Shown here: one piece after another, positions 25,917 to 38,053 of the stretch
How the letters are laid out: each line of letters starts with the position of its first letter
How positions within the stretch are numbered: position 1 is the stretch's first letter
From: Paraspadella gotoi
Taxonomy: Eukaryota > Animalia > Chaetognatha
Assembly (NCBI GenBank): GCA_051294375.1
Contig: CM119263.1
Location: 18,190,628 to 18,254,627, forward strand
Reading direction: 5' to 3'
DNA: 64,000 nucleotides
Translations under genes and position numbers: made by a program
Notes under the pieces: generated by a model
Seen by the model: the letters and a program-made list of their open reading frames with translations, nothing else
What the model was told of the DNA's origin: nothing
Databases searched by the model: none

Positions 25917-26009
25917 GCATCGCGGCAGCGTCGCCTCATCTCTGGATGCGGAAGTCAACCTGCAGCATCGAAAGATGTCGGCCGACGCCATTCATCAGCT
26001 TCCTTCAAG
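25917..26009 (+). CDS. ADCY8: ADCY8-like N-terminal exon (HRGSVASSLDAEVNLQHRKMSADAIHQLPS); possible start ATG at 25975
   Basis: ctcag acceptor, ag|GTGAGT donor; phase 2 end matches the 29634 exon. No homology support. Confidence 0.6.
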
Positions 26010-26254
26010 GTGAGTTTTTCATTCCTCAAGATTAAAGAGTCTCGGGCTGCAGATTTGAGTTCGTGTTCGGCGATTAAAGGGAAAAAACCCAAACAGACGC
26101 GTTTATTGCCAAGAATCGACGCTTCTCGCCCAAAGTGACGCCAAATTAGCAGATTTAAATTTCTCATCTTTCGAATGGATTGCATCGGATTTCGTTAAAA
26201 AAGATCAAGGGAACGTATTTAATTTCTTTTACTTTCTTTCTTTCTTTAATTCAT

Positions 26255-26363
<109 letters not shown>

Positions 26364-27149
26364 ACTTCTTTCTTATTGTCGCCAAGGTTTTTTTTTCTTG
26401 TCACCGGTTGAACTTTGTTACTTTTTTATTCAATTAGCTATTAATTTTAGCTATTAATTTTTTTTCATTGGAATTACATGAGGACAAGTAGGACGTTGAC
26501 AACTACAACGACGACAACAAGACGAGAAACTCTCAAGGGCGTCGACAATGAAATGAGAACAATAAAGTCATTGCAACTCGATGAGGACATCAATAATTAA
26601 TCACTTTGTATGAGGGACATCGAGAAAACGTTTGCACCGATTTGTATAAATTATTTGAAGAAAATAAAACTGCATTGACAATAAATGCACAATCGATTAA
26701 CGACGTTAAATAAATACTTCGGAAGTTGTTATTATCTTTTTATCTTTTCTTCAATTCTATTTTAGTTCTTTAGTTCATGATAAATTTATCCCATCTCCCG
26801 CTCTATTCAGTATACGTACGCAGTGGAAAGCTTAAGTCTTAGGGGTTTTTTAGTTTTTTTTCTTTAACTGTTTCCCTTATTTTTTTAATTTTTATTCTAA
26901 TGAAAACATGTTTGGAATCCATATTTCAAAGCTCTTACATAAATTAATTCGAATCACTTAATCTCTTTTCATCCCATTCAATGTGTCCCCCGGACCAAAC
27001 CCGACCATAAATTGGATCTTTCACATTTCGAGCTAAGTCACTATTGTCAGCGACGTGGACAATAATTGGACATCCAGCCGAAGACCAGAACGCTTGACCT
27101 TTTTTTGTGCACAATGCTGGATAGGTCGTCCGTAATCTCTCTCTATATA

Positions 27150-27218
<69 letters not shown>

Positions 27219-29633
27219 GTTTCTTTCCTCATGCACCAATATATGAAAATTTCAACTTTATTTGTTTTACTCTATTTTATGAGCAAAATTTGGAAAAAAA
27301 TTATAAAACTTATAAAAATTATAAAAATTATAAAATTAAATAACTTATATCATGCCAATCTATGTGTCAACCAATCAATCAAAAAATCAATAAATGAATG
27401 AATGATAGAAAACAGGCTATCAATCAATCAATCAATCATCTCTATCGCCCCCACTCCAGGTCATCCTCCAACACCCCCGCGAACGCCGTCTCCTCCCTCT
27501 CGCCTCCGTCCGAAAAAGACTTCTACTCGGGGCGGCTTCCCTTCGGGCGGACTTCACCCCGAAACTCAATTTGCAATTCCAGCTTCTCTCTTCTCTCCTT
27601 CCTCTCTCATCTCTCTTCTCTCTCTCTCCTCTTCTCTCTCTCATCTCTCTCTCTCATCTCTCTCTCCCCTCCCAAAAAAAAGAACCAGCTTTATCTGGGT
27701 TCATTCACTAGTCCCAAAAAAGAAATGCTTCCTCTCTTTCTTTTTGTTTCAACTAATTCTCTCTGTTTCGGTTCTGCTCACTTCTTTTCTATCTCTTACT
27801 CCCTTTTTTCCCCCCCCCCTATTTCACAACTTTGTAAAACTCACCTTGGANNNNNNNNNNNNNNNNNNNNNNNNNNNNNNNNNNNNNNNNNNNNNNNNNN
27901 NNGAGAGAGAGAGAGAGAGAGAATAAATTCAGTTTTCGGTATTTTAAAAAGTTGACGCAGCTGAGAGCCTGAGTCACCACGCTTGGTCACCGATTCTTAT
28001 CGTATGTAACTTAGAATGTTGATTGTCAGCAATTTTGTAGATTAGTTCATCAATCTCGGTTTCCACGTTGTCACCTAATCGCCATCGGTCATTGCCGAAG
28101 ACTCAAACGTGAAATGCATTGCCCAATTCTGACGTTGTTGCAAAAGACGCCGTCATAAACGCGTCACCTCAGCCGGCGCCGTCGCCATCGGCTTAATGAG
28201 TTAATGAGAATTCGATCACCAATCACAAGTGTGAGTCCGTGAGACCGTGTGTCCGTGAGACCCGTGAGGGTCAATCAACGCGTGAGTCGTTCACCCGATT
28301 TAGAGTCGTGTCGTCATTACCGTCGATCGATTTCCTTTTTTGGCTTCGACGCCTTTTTTACGTTCGACTCGAAACGTCAAACGGAAGTCGTTTCCCGATA
28401 GAATACTGCAAATTCTGGATGTAACCGAATACTACTGGTAAATCCGTATGTAAGTTTGAACTGATGGAATCAGATCATTCACCTAATTCGCTTTGTCGTT
28501 GTAGTCTCAATTCTGGGCTTCGCTTTCTATCAAATCAAACGAATGTTGTTGTCACTTTCTCAATTTACGAAATTGATTTTTTTTTTCTGCAAAGAACCGC
28601 CATGCTGTTTTGCACTCGACCAGATTTTTCGGCGAAATAGTCAGTCCGTTGACTGAACCTCTTCCGACCTTTTTTGGTGTCGCCCTCTTTCAAATTCCTC
28701 CAACGATTATGCAAAGCGCAACTCTCCTTTTTTGTCCCGTCAAAGCGTCGAGCAATTTGAGGGCAAAAAGTTGTTGTTGTTATCGTTGTTGTCGTTATCC
28801 GCCCTGCGAGGACTGAATACGCAAACGTGGAGTTTTTTTTCGATAGAAGTTTAAAAATCTTATTATAAACTAGCTCTTTTTATGATTATTTTTTGACATT
28901 TTTTGAGTATTTTCTTTATCCATTTATATACAAAATAAGTTTGTGACTAACGACGTCCACGGGAACGATGAGGCATAATTGGCGCTGAACTTCAGAAACT
29001 TTTTTGTTTTTTTACTCACGTGACCCAATGGGTCTAAAACGTCTCATCTATATATAGCGACAAGTGAGATTCAAGACCGCAAAGAATGAAAAATGAAAAT
29101 ATAAAGAAATGAAGAGAAAAGAGAAATAGTAAAACATGAAAGAAAGGAAAAAAAAAGAGAGAAAAGTCTCTGACTCTGAGATTGCTCATAAAGATTTTCA
29201 AGACTATCTATCATGGATCGAGCTTCCTAATTTAGATGATGGTCATAGTCATAGTCATACTCTCCTTAATAAAATGTTTCGACTACGACAACAACAACAA
29301 CGACGACGTCGTCGACGACGCAGACGTCAAAGTCTTAGACGGCGCCAGCCTTTCGTCGAAGAGAAAACCGCCTCAGGCAAAAGCTCAGCTGGCGAAGCGA
29401 GAAAAAAAAAACTAGCAGAAGCTAAAAAAATAAAAAAAAATGAGGCAAAAGAAAGAATAAAAGAAACGAATGATCGTTTTTCGTTACTTCGCCAATTTTT
29501 TTTATCTCGACAAGCTGTCGACCGAAAAGAAACTATTTATTTATTCGTTTATGCTTTTGATATCTTTAAAAATCTTTTAATTAATTTAATATTTTTATTC
29601 GTTCATACTTTCAAATACTTGACTTACTTCCAG

Positions 29634-29710
29634 ACGATCCTCCGGCGTTTCTCGGATTTCCACCGAAGATCCAAACTTGATCGGACCCAAAACAGAAACC
29701 AAATCGTTGG
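29634..29710 (+). CDS. ADCY8: ADCY8-like N-terminal exon (RSSGVSRISTEDPNLIGPKTETKSL)
   Basis: ttccag acceptor, g|GTGAGT donor; phase 2 in and phase 1 out link the 25917 and 31890 exons. Confidence 0.7.
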
Positions 29711-30872
29711 GTGAGTTATTTTTTCCCAATCTTAAGTTATAAAATGTGTAAAAAGGTGCCTAATTTGCATATGTATAAAAACTTTCAATCTTACTATCCA
29801 ACTCGGTGAAATTTTGATATCAGAAAAAAATTAAAACGGATTTAAAAATTAAGAAAAAAAAATTTAGAAAAATAAGGAATTCCATCGGAAAAATTGGGTA
29901 ACGAGTTTGGGAAAAAGAGAAAGAAGGAGAGAGAACGAAAGTGAGGGTTAAGTGAGGAAACGCGCTAAGTCGTTTCGAGTGGATGTGAAGGCAAAAAAGC
30001 CCCAAAAATCTAAAGAAGGCAAAGAGGACTGAGAAGCTAAAAAAGCCCACAAAAAGCCTCAGAGAATGAAAGTCGTTGAAGGAATCGAAAGCCAGACTGG
30101 AATAACAACGACGACGCCTCCGGGAAAAATTCGCGCGGGAAAAGAAAGATGGGCGAGAAGGAAAAGAAGTGACAAAGTGAAAAACGCAGAGAGAAAAGTT
30201 TAAAGCAGAAGCAAAATGAGTTTGTATCGTTATATTAAGTTTAGAAACGAGTGAAAAGAATGATAAAATGAAGAAAAGAGCTTACAGTTAGACGGCTATT
30301 TTGAGTACAGAAGCCGATAAAAAACCCTCGAGAAAACAAAGATTAAGTATTAACCGAGGCGTGAAATTAAAACGAATGAAAATGGAAGAAGCAATAACCA
30401 ATAAAAAAAAATGGAGAGACTTGCGAGGAAAATAAATGCCAGGAAAGAAAAAGCATTGGAGCTTAATCGAGCGGGCAACGCGTAAAACGAATATAGATAA
30501 TTGGAAAAAAAGAAAATGGCGTCGAAAAAGATGGCGGAAGGACACGTTTGGCGTCGTTGAAGAGATCGAGGAAGAATTGATGAGCGAATAGCATTTCTAT
30601 TTAAAATCGAGGAAAGAGAAAAAGAGATAGAAGAAACCTATCCCCCACTCCTCTTGCTCTCAAATATTTTTAGTCGGTTATTTCCAGTAAATCCTGGATT
30701 TATCGTCGACGTCCCAAACGAAGCAAGGAATAACTTTCGTCTCTTTTCTAGTTTTATTCTCTCTTTGTCCTTTCTCGTATTTTTCTTTCTTTCCTCCACT
30801 CACGTAAGAACTTTTCTTATTTTTTATTTTATAATTCTTTCTAAATCTTTTGTCTTCTCTTCTATCGCGTTT

Positions 30873-30957
30873 TATTCTATTCTATTCTATTCTATTCTAT
30901 TCTATTCTATTCTATTCTATTCTATTCTATTCTATTCTATTCTATTCTATTCTATTC
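30873..30957. repeat. (TTCTA)n microsatellite
   Basis: Directly visible in the sequence. Confidence 0.95.
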
Positions 30958-31889
30958 ACTTTTTTCATATACATTCTCCACTCCACCTATATTCACTTAT
31001 CTTCTATTTTATTCTTTTTCTTTTTTCTTTTTTTCTCTTCTCATCCCATTCCTTCCCTTTTCTTTCTTTTTTCTTTTCTTTTTCTCTCTTTCTCCTTATC
31101 TCCCTTTCTTCCTCTCTTATTTGTTTGTCGCCCTTATCTCGAACGGATTGGGTCGTTACTTGTTTTCCATTTTGTCTCTTTGTTGCGGTCGACGCTTCCT
31201 CGCTGACTCTGCTCTTTGTGTTCGCTGACGTCGTTGGGCGACAACGATTTTAGTCAAGGCTGTTGTTGCGGCACAATTATTGGTTGGACTTTTGTAATAA
31301 TGTCTTCTTCGTTGTTGGCAATGTTCGTTTTGACAATGTAACATGAATATAGTTTATTCTGGTCCGATTAGGATACTAGTTACTATGTACTTGTTGTTCT
31401 CTCCTTTGAAAGAAATTCGTAGAAGAACGTTAAACTTGAGAATCTCCGCTGAACGGCGATAAAGGGTATAAATATAAATCTAGGCTTATATTAAGGTATT
31501 TCTCTGTCAGCTTTGCGACAAATCGCTGTACCACTGATACCAGTTTCAACTTCAACTTTTTTTAAATTAATAATATAATTTATAAAATTCCCCGTTTAGA
31601 TTATTTAAGATTTTAAATAAAAAATAAAAACCCTAAATCAGTACAGGCGGCGAATAAAAAAAATAAACAAAACAAAGAAAGATTGATGAAAAACAAAAGC
31701 ATAAAAACCGTCGAGAAAACAAAAAAAAAACATAAAAACGCGAAAACACAACAGCAATAACGGAACGACAGAAACACCCGAGAAAACATAAACAACTTTC
31801 TTCTCCACTGACGCCCTCACCCGCCCCGACCCTTACCGGACGCTCACCCCCGCCCCCCTTTCCTTCTCCCTTCCTCGTTTCGTCTCCAG

Positions 31890-32115
31890 GAGGCGTGAGC
31901 GGCGCCCGCAAGAAGTTGTTGTGGAAAAACGCGGTGGAAAAGATTTCCGACAAGAGCACGCTGTTGCCGAAGCATCTGAGGTCGAGCACAGCGGACGGCG
32001 GCGGAGGCGGCGGCGGCGGCGGCGGAGGCGGCGGGCTCAAAGGAGAATTCAGACTTAGTGAAGACTTCATTCAGCAAATCAACAGAAACATCGTCACAGC
32101 CTCGCATCACCACAG
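31890..32115 (+). CDS. ADCY8: ADCY8-like exon with RKKLLWKNAVEKI motif and poly-Gly tract
   Basis: Pyrimidine tract plus ctccag; donor ag|GTTCGT; resembles QRLLWQTAVRHI of vertebrate ADCY8. Confidence 0.85.
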
Positions 32116-32362
32116 GTTCGTGCAGAGGAGGGGGTGTTAGAGAAGGCGGTTGGAGAGGGTAAGAGTTCGGGATTGTTTGGGTGAGGCCGACGCCCGCTCG
32201 GCCTTTGAGGAAACCCCAAACGCGGCACAATCTCCAAGAATAAAGAGGCAATTTTCAGAATTGATCTCTTGACCTTCGCGTCCGATCCCACCCATGCCTT
32301 CAACTCGCGCGAAGCCAAAGATCCCTTGACGGCTCGTTGAGAAGAGGTATTTTTGGACTCTG

Positions 32363-32549
<187 letters not shown>

Positions 32550-34113
32550 CGAGCAAGGAAGCCCTAAAAAAGACGACGACGCGTGGGCGTTCGAAAATCA
32601 AAGCTTGGCTTAAATGGAACTGAGTCGGGAAAAGTACTTAAATGGCAAATAAATTTTAGCTCGGAATTTTTATCTTTTTCAAGTGCAGAAAAAAAAAAGT
32701 TCATTGTTCAGATATTATCCTTTTCTACATTCAGACTTATGGGATACAAGTCGCTTTTTATGCATCACAATTCAAGAAGCCGTTGAATTGCTAAATTAAA
32801 CCTTACTAAAATGGTTTGTATATTTTTTCGACGGCTCAGACAGTAGCGGTCTGGACTAAGGAGGAGGTTAATTCTGGATGTCGTCGTTCATCTTCTTTCG
32901 ATTTTCGATTTATTTCCGATTCGATTTTTGAAGAATTCGATACACCGCGAATTCCCTTTCCCACCATGTCCTTCTTTCTCTTTCTTTTTACTTCATTTCA
33001 TCCTTTCTTTTACATCATTTTCGCGTAGTTCTAGTTTTGGTCTTTCTATCTCATTCCTATTTTTCTTCTTTCTCTTTTTTTTTTCCTCATGTCATTCTTC
33101 ATCCGATTTTCATTTCATCTTCATTTTTTCTCATTTCCACTTTGACATTTCTCCCCGGAGAGAGATTGCGTAATTTTCACTTGCCAGTCCCTGTCTCTAA
33201 GCCTCCCTGTCTCTAAGCCTCCCTGTCTCCGTATTTTCTTTCGTTTATAATTAACTTTTTTGAATAAAGTTAAATTAAGTTATATAACCCTTGTTCAACG
33301 CCAGAAAAAAAAATTGGGAAAAAATTTTACAAACGAGCCAAATAAACAAATAAAATTACAAATTAAACAAAAAAAAAGTTTGCAGAATTGCAAATTTTTT
33401 CGCTGGCGCAGCAGGGGACGGGTCTATGTTCAACAAGAACGTCGTCCTCTTTATTGTCGTCGTTGTCGTCATCGTCATTGTCGCGGTCGTAGTTTTCACG
33501 TGAAAAGGATGTCTTTATCCCTTTGTCCCTGGGACCGTGTCTCTTAGTACTGAGAATTTCGATGGTATAAGCTGAATTAAAAGAATACTATACCTTTAGT
33601 TTAACATTTAAAATTCTAATCATACTTATGCTTTCCCAGTCACAGTATAATAATTTATTCTATGACACGATTTTGTTAAATTATTTTGAAAGATTAATGA
33701 TTTATTTTTATGAACAAACAAAACCTGATTATGAATATATTGACCCAAGTCTAAAAACACAACATTAAAAAAAAAAAAAAGATTTTAATTTTGAAGTCGT
33801 AATCGTAGTCGTTTTGTCTCATAGCTTAAGCAAATCATTTTTATAATAATATTTTTTCTTAACCTTTAATTCCTCCCCTCCCTTTTCTACACCCCCCAAA
33901 AAAACCCCAAAACCCCTTCTCATCCCTTCCCGCCCTGACCCCAAATTTCTCTCATCCATTACCGCGCGTCTCCATTTATTTTCAGTTTGCTTTCGATTCT
34001 TCAGTCATTTTCTGAATGGTACTTTCCCTCTTATCTTTTTACCCCCTCTCTTCGGACGCTGAGCATGTTAAACACACTTCTTCGTCATAGCTACCACTTT
34101 ACACTGGTGTCGG

Positions 34114-34175
<62 letters not shown>

Positions 34176-35429
34176 GCGACTTTTAAACAATTTATTTCAC
34201 TCGGTGCCAACTGCGCTGCGTACAAATGCTTGAGTTGTTGCCTCCTTTTTTAGTTTCCTTTCTTTCTCCTTTGTCGCCTTTTCTTTCACTTCCTTTTTGT
34301 ATCTCCTCCGTTTTCAGCCTTCAGCAACCACCATCTTTCACCTTTTCACGTGATTTGATGGATGGCTTCCTATCACTCATCGATGATAAAAACCTTTCAG
34401 AGATTGGCGCTCGACGTATCATAAATCTCGTTTCCTATTTTATATTCGACTAAAAAATCTTAGTCGCGCGGGGGACCATTTTTCGTGGAGAACCATTTGT
34501 GCGAATAATCTGAGAACAATGAAGAAAGTTTTGTGCAGTTATTAACTTAGGCGTCGATTACCGTAAAGCAAATTAAATGCGAACGACATCTGCGACAGAT
34601 ACGCGCCACACAAACAAGGAACAAAAAAACTAATACGTGCAACTACAATGATAAGAAATTAAACAGAAAAGAAGAAAATAAAAAGAAAAATTCAAGGCAC
34701 CCACAGCTGCAATAAATTAGTGTGGAACTCTAAACGCCGGTTTGAAATTCCTCTCTTATTAGCAACGCCCTCTCCTGACAGAGTATATCTAATCTCGTCG
34801 TTGTCATTTTTGCTTAAATCACCCAAAATGGCTTTTGTTGTCTCGTCAGTTGGGCCAAACGTCTCGACTCCCGAAGTTTCGTGTCTTCGTCATTTCCAGC
34901 GCGACTCCCATTTTCTGTTGTTGTCAAATCCAATCAAGATTATTAATCTAAAAATCTTTTTGAAAATTTCCCGAATTTGAACTAGCAGCAATGCGACTCT
35001 ATTTAAGAATATAACAACTTTTATAATTGACGCCAAGTTTGACTAAATAAATTAAATCTTGAAACCTTCGTCTCCCTTGGTTTTTAGCTTATTAACTCCT
35101 CTTTCTCTTCTCCGCTCCTCTATTTATATTTATATTCTTTGAGTCTTTCTCTGGCAGAATCTCTCGCCGGTCGTGATTCTCAAAGCCGCAATGTATGGTG
35201 GACTAAAATCCACCAACCGTTTATCAGCGGTCATTGGTGCCGGAGGCAAGTTCATTCGCCTCCCAACCCAAAGGTCCGGGGTTTCTAGCCTGGTGGCCGC
35301 TAGCAGTTAAGAGGGACGGGGCGCTTAACCCGCCTGTAACATGGTGTTACAGCCTGATCCGAAGCTCAGGGACTGCTTATATTGAACGGTTCTGTCATTA
35401 ACACTTATCAATAATTACTGTCTCTTCAT

Positions 35430-35442
35430 TGGTGAGCCCGAC
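35430..35442 (+). promoter_or_regulatory. Primer-binding site, tRNA-Trp-like
   Basis: Starts with TGG one base after LTR1. 12 of 13 bases match TGGTGACCCCGAC, the complement of the metazoan tRNA-Trp 3' end as recalled. Confidence 0.75.
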
Positions 35443-35604
35443 TTCCGAACACAACAGCAACAACAACACTTTCAGGCGACATGCCTCAACCTGGCGATGC
35501 ACTTTCCGCCCACAACACATCAGGCGACATGCCTCAACTTGGTGACGAACTTTCCACCAACAACAACAATTCACTGAAAGAGACGCAAACAGACTTCTCC
35601 CTAC

Positions 35605-35614
35605 GGGAGGGGGA
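35605..35614 (+). promoter_or_regulatory. Polypurine tract
   Basis: GGGAGGGGGA lies directly upstream of LTR2. Confidence 0.8.
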
Positions 35615-35649
35615 TGTTATGGTGACTAAAATCCACCAACCGTTCATCA

Positions 35650-35721
35650 GCGGTCATTGGTGCCGGAGGCAAGTCATTCGCCTCCCAACCCAAAGGTCCG
35701 GGTTCTAGCCTGGTGGCCGCC
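35650..35721 (+). pseudogene. tRNA-derived (Gly-CCC-like) cassette inside the LTR; further copies at 35227-35300 and 47378-47450
   Basis: 72 nt; acceptor stem GCGGTCA/TGGCCGC; A-box-like TGGTGCCGGAGG; B-box/T-arm CCGGGTTCTAGCCTGG; TTCGCCTCCCAA resembles the tRNA-Gly(CCC) anticodon region, but the anticodon stem is broken. Confidence 0.7.
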
Positions 35722-36037
35722 TAGCAGTTAAGAGGGACGGGGCGCTTAACCCGCCTGTAACATGGTGTTACAGCCTGATCCGAAGCTCAGGGACTGCTTA
35801 TATTGAAACGTTCTGTCATTAACACTTATCAATAATTACTGTCTCTTCAAATGTTTTATTTCCGCTAATTATTCGGGTCGTCGTCCGTCGCTGCCGTCGT
35901 CCTCGTCCCGTTCTCTTACAATGGAACGAAGCAATATATACGCCATCCTCCTAAATGATGGAGGCTATTTACATAACTCTGCCTTCCATTACGCCAATCC
36001 CCCCATCGCTCGCTCTCCCATTTTTTTGGCGCCGCTT

Positions 36038-36145
<108 letters not shown>

Positions 36146-36655
36146 CACTTCACTCAGCCAACTCTCGCTTAGAAATTGCCTTTATTAGTTTAAAACCCAA
36201 CCACTTTCTCTTCTTTTCCATAGTATATAGTAATTTTAGTTATCTATTCACGTACTACGACGAAGTCAAATATTTAACGCCCTTCTCACCTTCCTTTATC
36301 GTCTCTCTTTCTCCCATCAGCCATTGTTTCTCGATCCATAAAACAAGATATTTTGGGGAACCATCAACCGAACGCCTTATTTTTTTCCTCCCACATTTAG
36401 TCTTTCCCTACTTCTCTCTCGACGCGTCCAACCTCTCTTTCTTTCGCTGACTTCTCGATCTCTCTTTACAACCCTCTCTCATGGAATCCCTTTCTCGTGG
36501 AATCCCTATTTCCCACAATAAGAATTAAAAACTTTCGACCTTTTCTTTTCCACCCAGAAGAATCACTGCCCTTAACTTCCCTTTCATCCTCTTCCCTTCT
36601 TGTTCATGTTCAACTTACCCTCGAACCTCCCCTCTCCTTTCTTTACTTACCTTAG

Positions 36656-36854
36656 GAACGACGTGACCCCCTTCCGTCGTTCCGACGAGTCCCTCAACGG
36701 CGGCGTGGGTCATCGACGAAGCAGCGACGTGGTCGGCGCCGCCAAAGGACGCCGTTCAACCCACGACGCCGCCAAAGGACGCCGCTCGGTTAACGACGCT
36801 CTCGACGCGGCGGAATCGGCGCCAAAAGAGACGGTGCCGGGATCGCCGCAGAAG
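36656..36854 (+). CDS. ADCY8: ADCY8-like N-terminal exon (NDVTPFRRSDES...PGSPQK)
   Basis: cttag acceptor, aag|GTAAGG donor; phases 2 and 0 fit both neighbours; GC-rich. Confidence 0.85.
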
Positions 36855-36872
36855 GTAAGGACGACAAGTTAC

Positions 36873-37116
36873 TTCGTTGGTTCGTTCGTTGGTTCGTTCG
36901 TTCGTTCGTTCGTTCGTTCGTTTGTTGGTTCGTTCTTCGTTCGTCTCGTTCGTTTATTCGTTTTGTTTCCGTCTTTGTTCGGTTTGATTTCCGTTTTCGT
37001 TATCGTTAGTTGTTCGTTTGTTCGTTCGTTCGTTTGTTGGTTCGTTCTTTCTTTCGTTCGTTTGTTGGTTCGTTCTTTCTTTTGTTCGTTTGTTCGTTCG
37101 TTTGCTCGTTCGTTTT
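36873..37116. repeat. Degenerate (TTCG)n array just downstream of an exon donor
   Basis: Directly visible in the sequence. Confidence 0.9.
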
Positions 37117-37175
37117 GTTAAAAAATCAAGATTTACTTTGCGAGCAAAAAATCAGAAATTAATTCTGAAATTCTG

Positions 37176-37232
<57 letters not shown>

Positions 37233-37279
37233 TCTTCTCTCTCTCTTCATTCTGCATCATTCTGAAACTCTCTCTCTCT

Positions 37280-37314
<35 letters not shown>

Positions 37315-38053
37315 GTTCTCTCTCTCTCTCTTCAATCAAAGGCCTTTCCATTGTACGGGAGTCAAGAGATGCATTTGGCTGATTAAATTCTCTGTGATTA
37401 GTTGGTCGTTTTCCTCGGACTTTATTGTTCCTTTTCTTTTCTCCCTTCCTATTCTTAACTTTCCAATTTCTTTTTTTTCTCTGTTAGATTAGCTTTATTT
37501 ATTGGTTTTTCTTTTCTTTACTTATGAAGAAGTTATGAGGCAGAAAAAAAAAAATTTGAAAAAGGATTCTAGATTTTTTAATATCGGAGAACTTAGCTGA
37601 AGCTTTTATCGTTATTCCCATATTTCTACAGTTTTTCTCTCTGTAAATCTTTCATTGACGCGAAAAATAATACTTTCAATTTTTTTTTTTTATGTTTTAA
37701 ATTTTGTGCCCCGAGCCCGAGTTTCTTTTTCTCTTTGTGTCCTTTACTTCTATCAGTGTGTCATCTCTCTTCTCCTAAAAAAATATTCTTCATCCTTTTT
37801 TTGCCAAAAAATAAAAACGACCCAAACTGACTTCACCTTTAGCCCCTCGACGGAACTAGAAATTTTCCGTATTTTTTTCAAAACTAATAATGTCTCGGCG
37901 TTTTTCCCACGCCCCTTCGCGACACCTTTATCTCTTAAAATTCCTCAACCCGATCTTCCTTCCAATCCCCTCCCACACAATCCGTTCCCCGACCGAATCC
38001 CCCTCGATCCCCGCCCCCTCCTACCACCTCCAACCCGCTCTCTCTTCGTGCAG

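Larger units (their letters stand above)
35194..35849 (+). mobile_element. Miniature non-autonomous LTR retrotransposon (TRIM) with tRNA-derived LTRs
   Basis: LTR1 35194-35428 and LTR2 35618-35849 are near-identical direct repeats ending in CTCTTCA. PBS TGGTGAGCCCGAC at 35430; PPT GGGAGGGGGA at 35605-35614; TSD AATG at 35190-35193 and 35850-35853; no retroelement coding capacity. Confidence 0.9.

Noticed and set aside
29015-29046. GACCC-aat-GGGTC-taaaacgtc, a possible decayed hammerhead
   Set aside because: Both conserved core boxes are broken.
35194-35849. Alternative readings of the repeat as a tandem tRNA-SINE pair, a retrozyme or a functional tRNA
   Set aside because: The PBS, PPT, CA ends, fixed 4-bp TSDs, ~33 bp of conserved sequence upstream of the tRNA module and lack of a tail favour an LTR element. 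No conserved hammerhead core is present, and the anticodon stem is broken.
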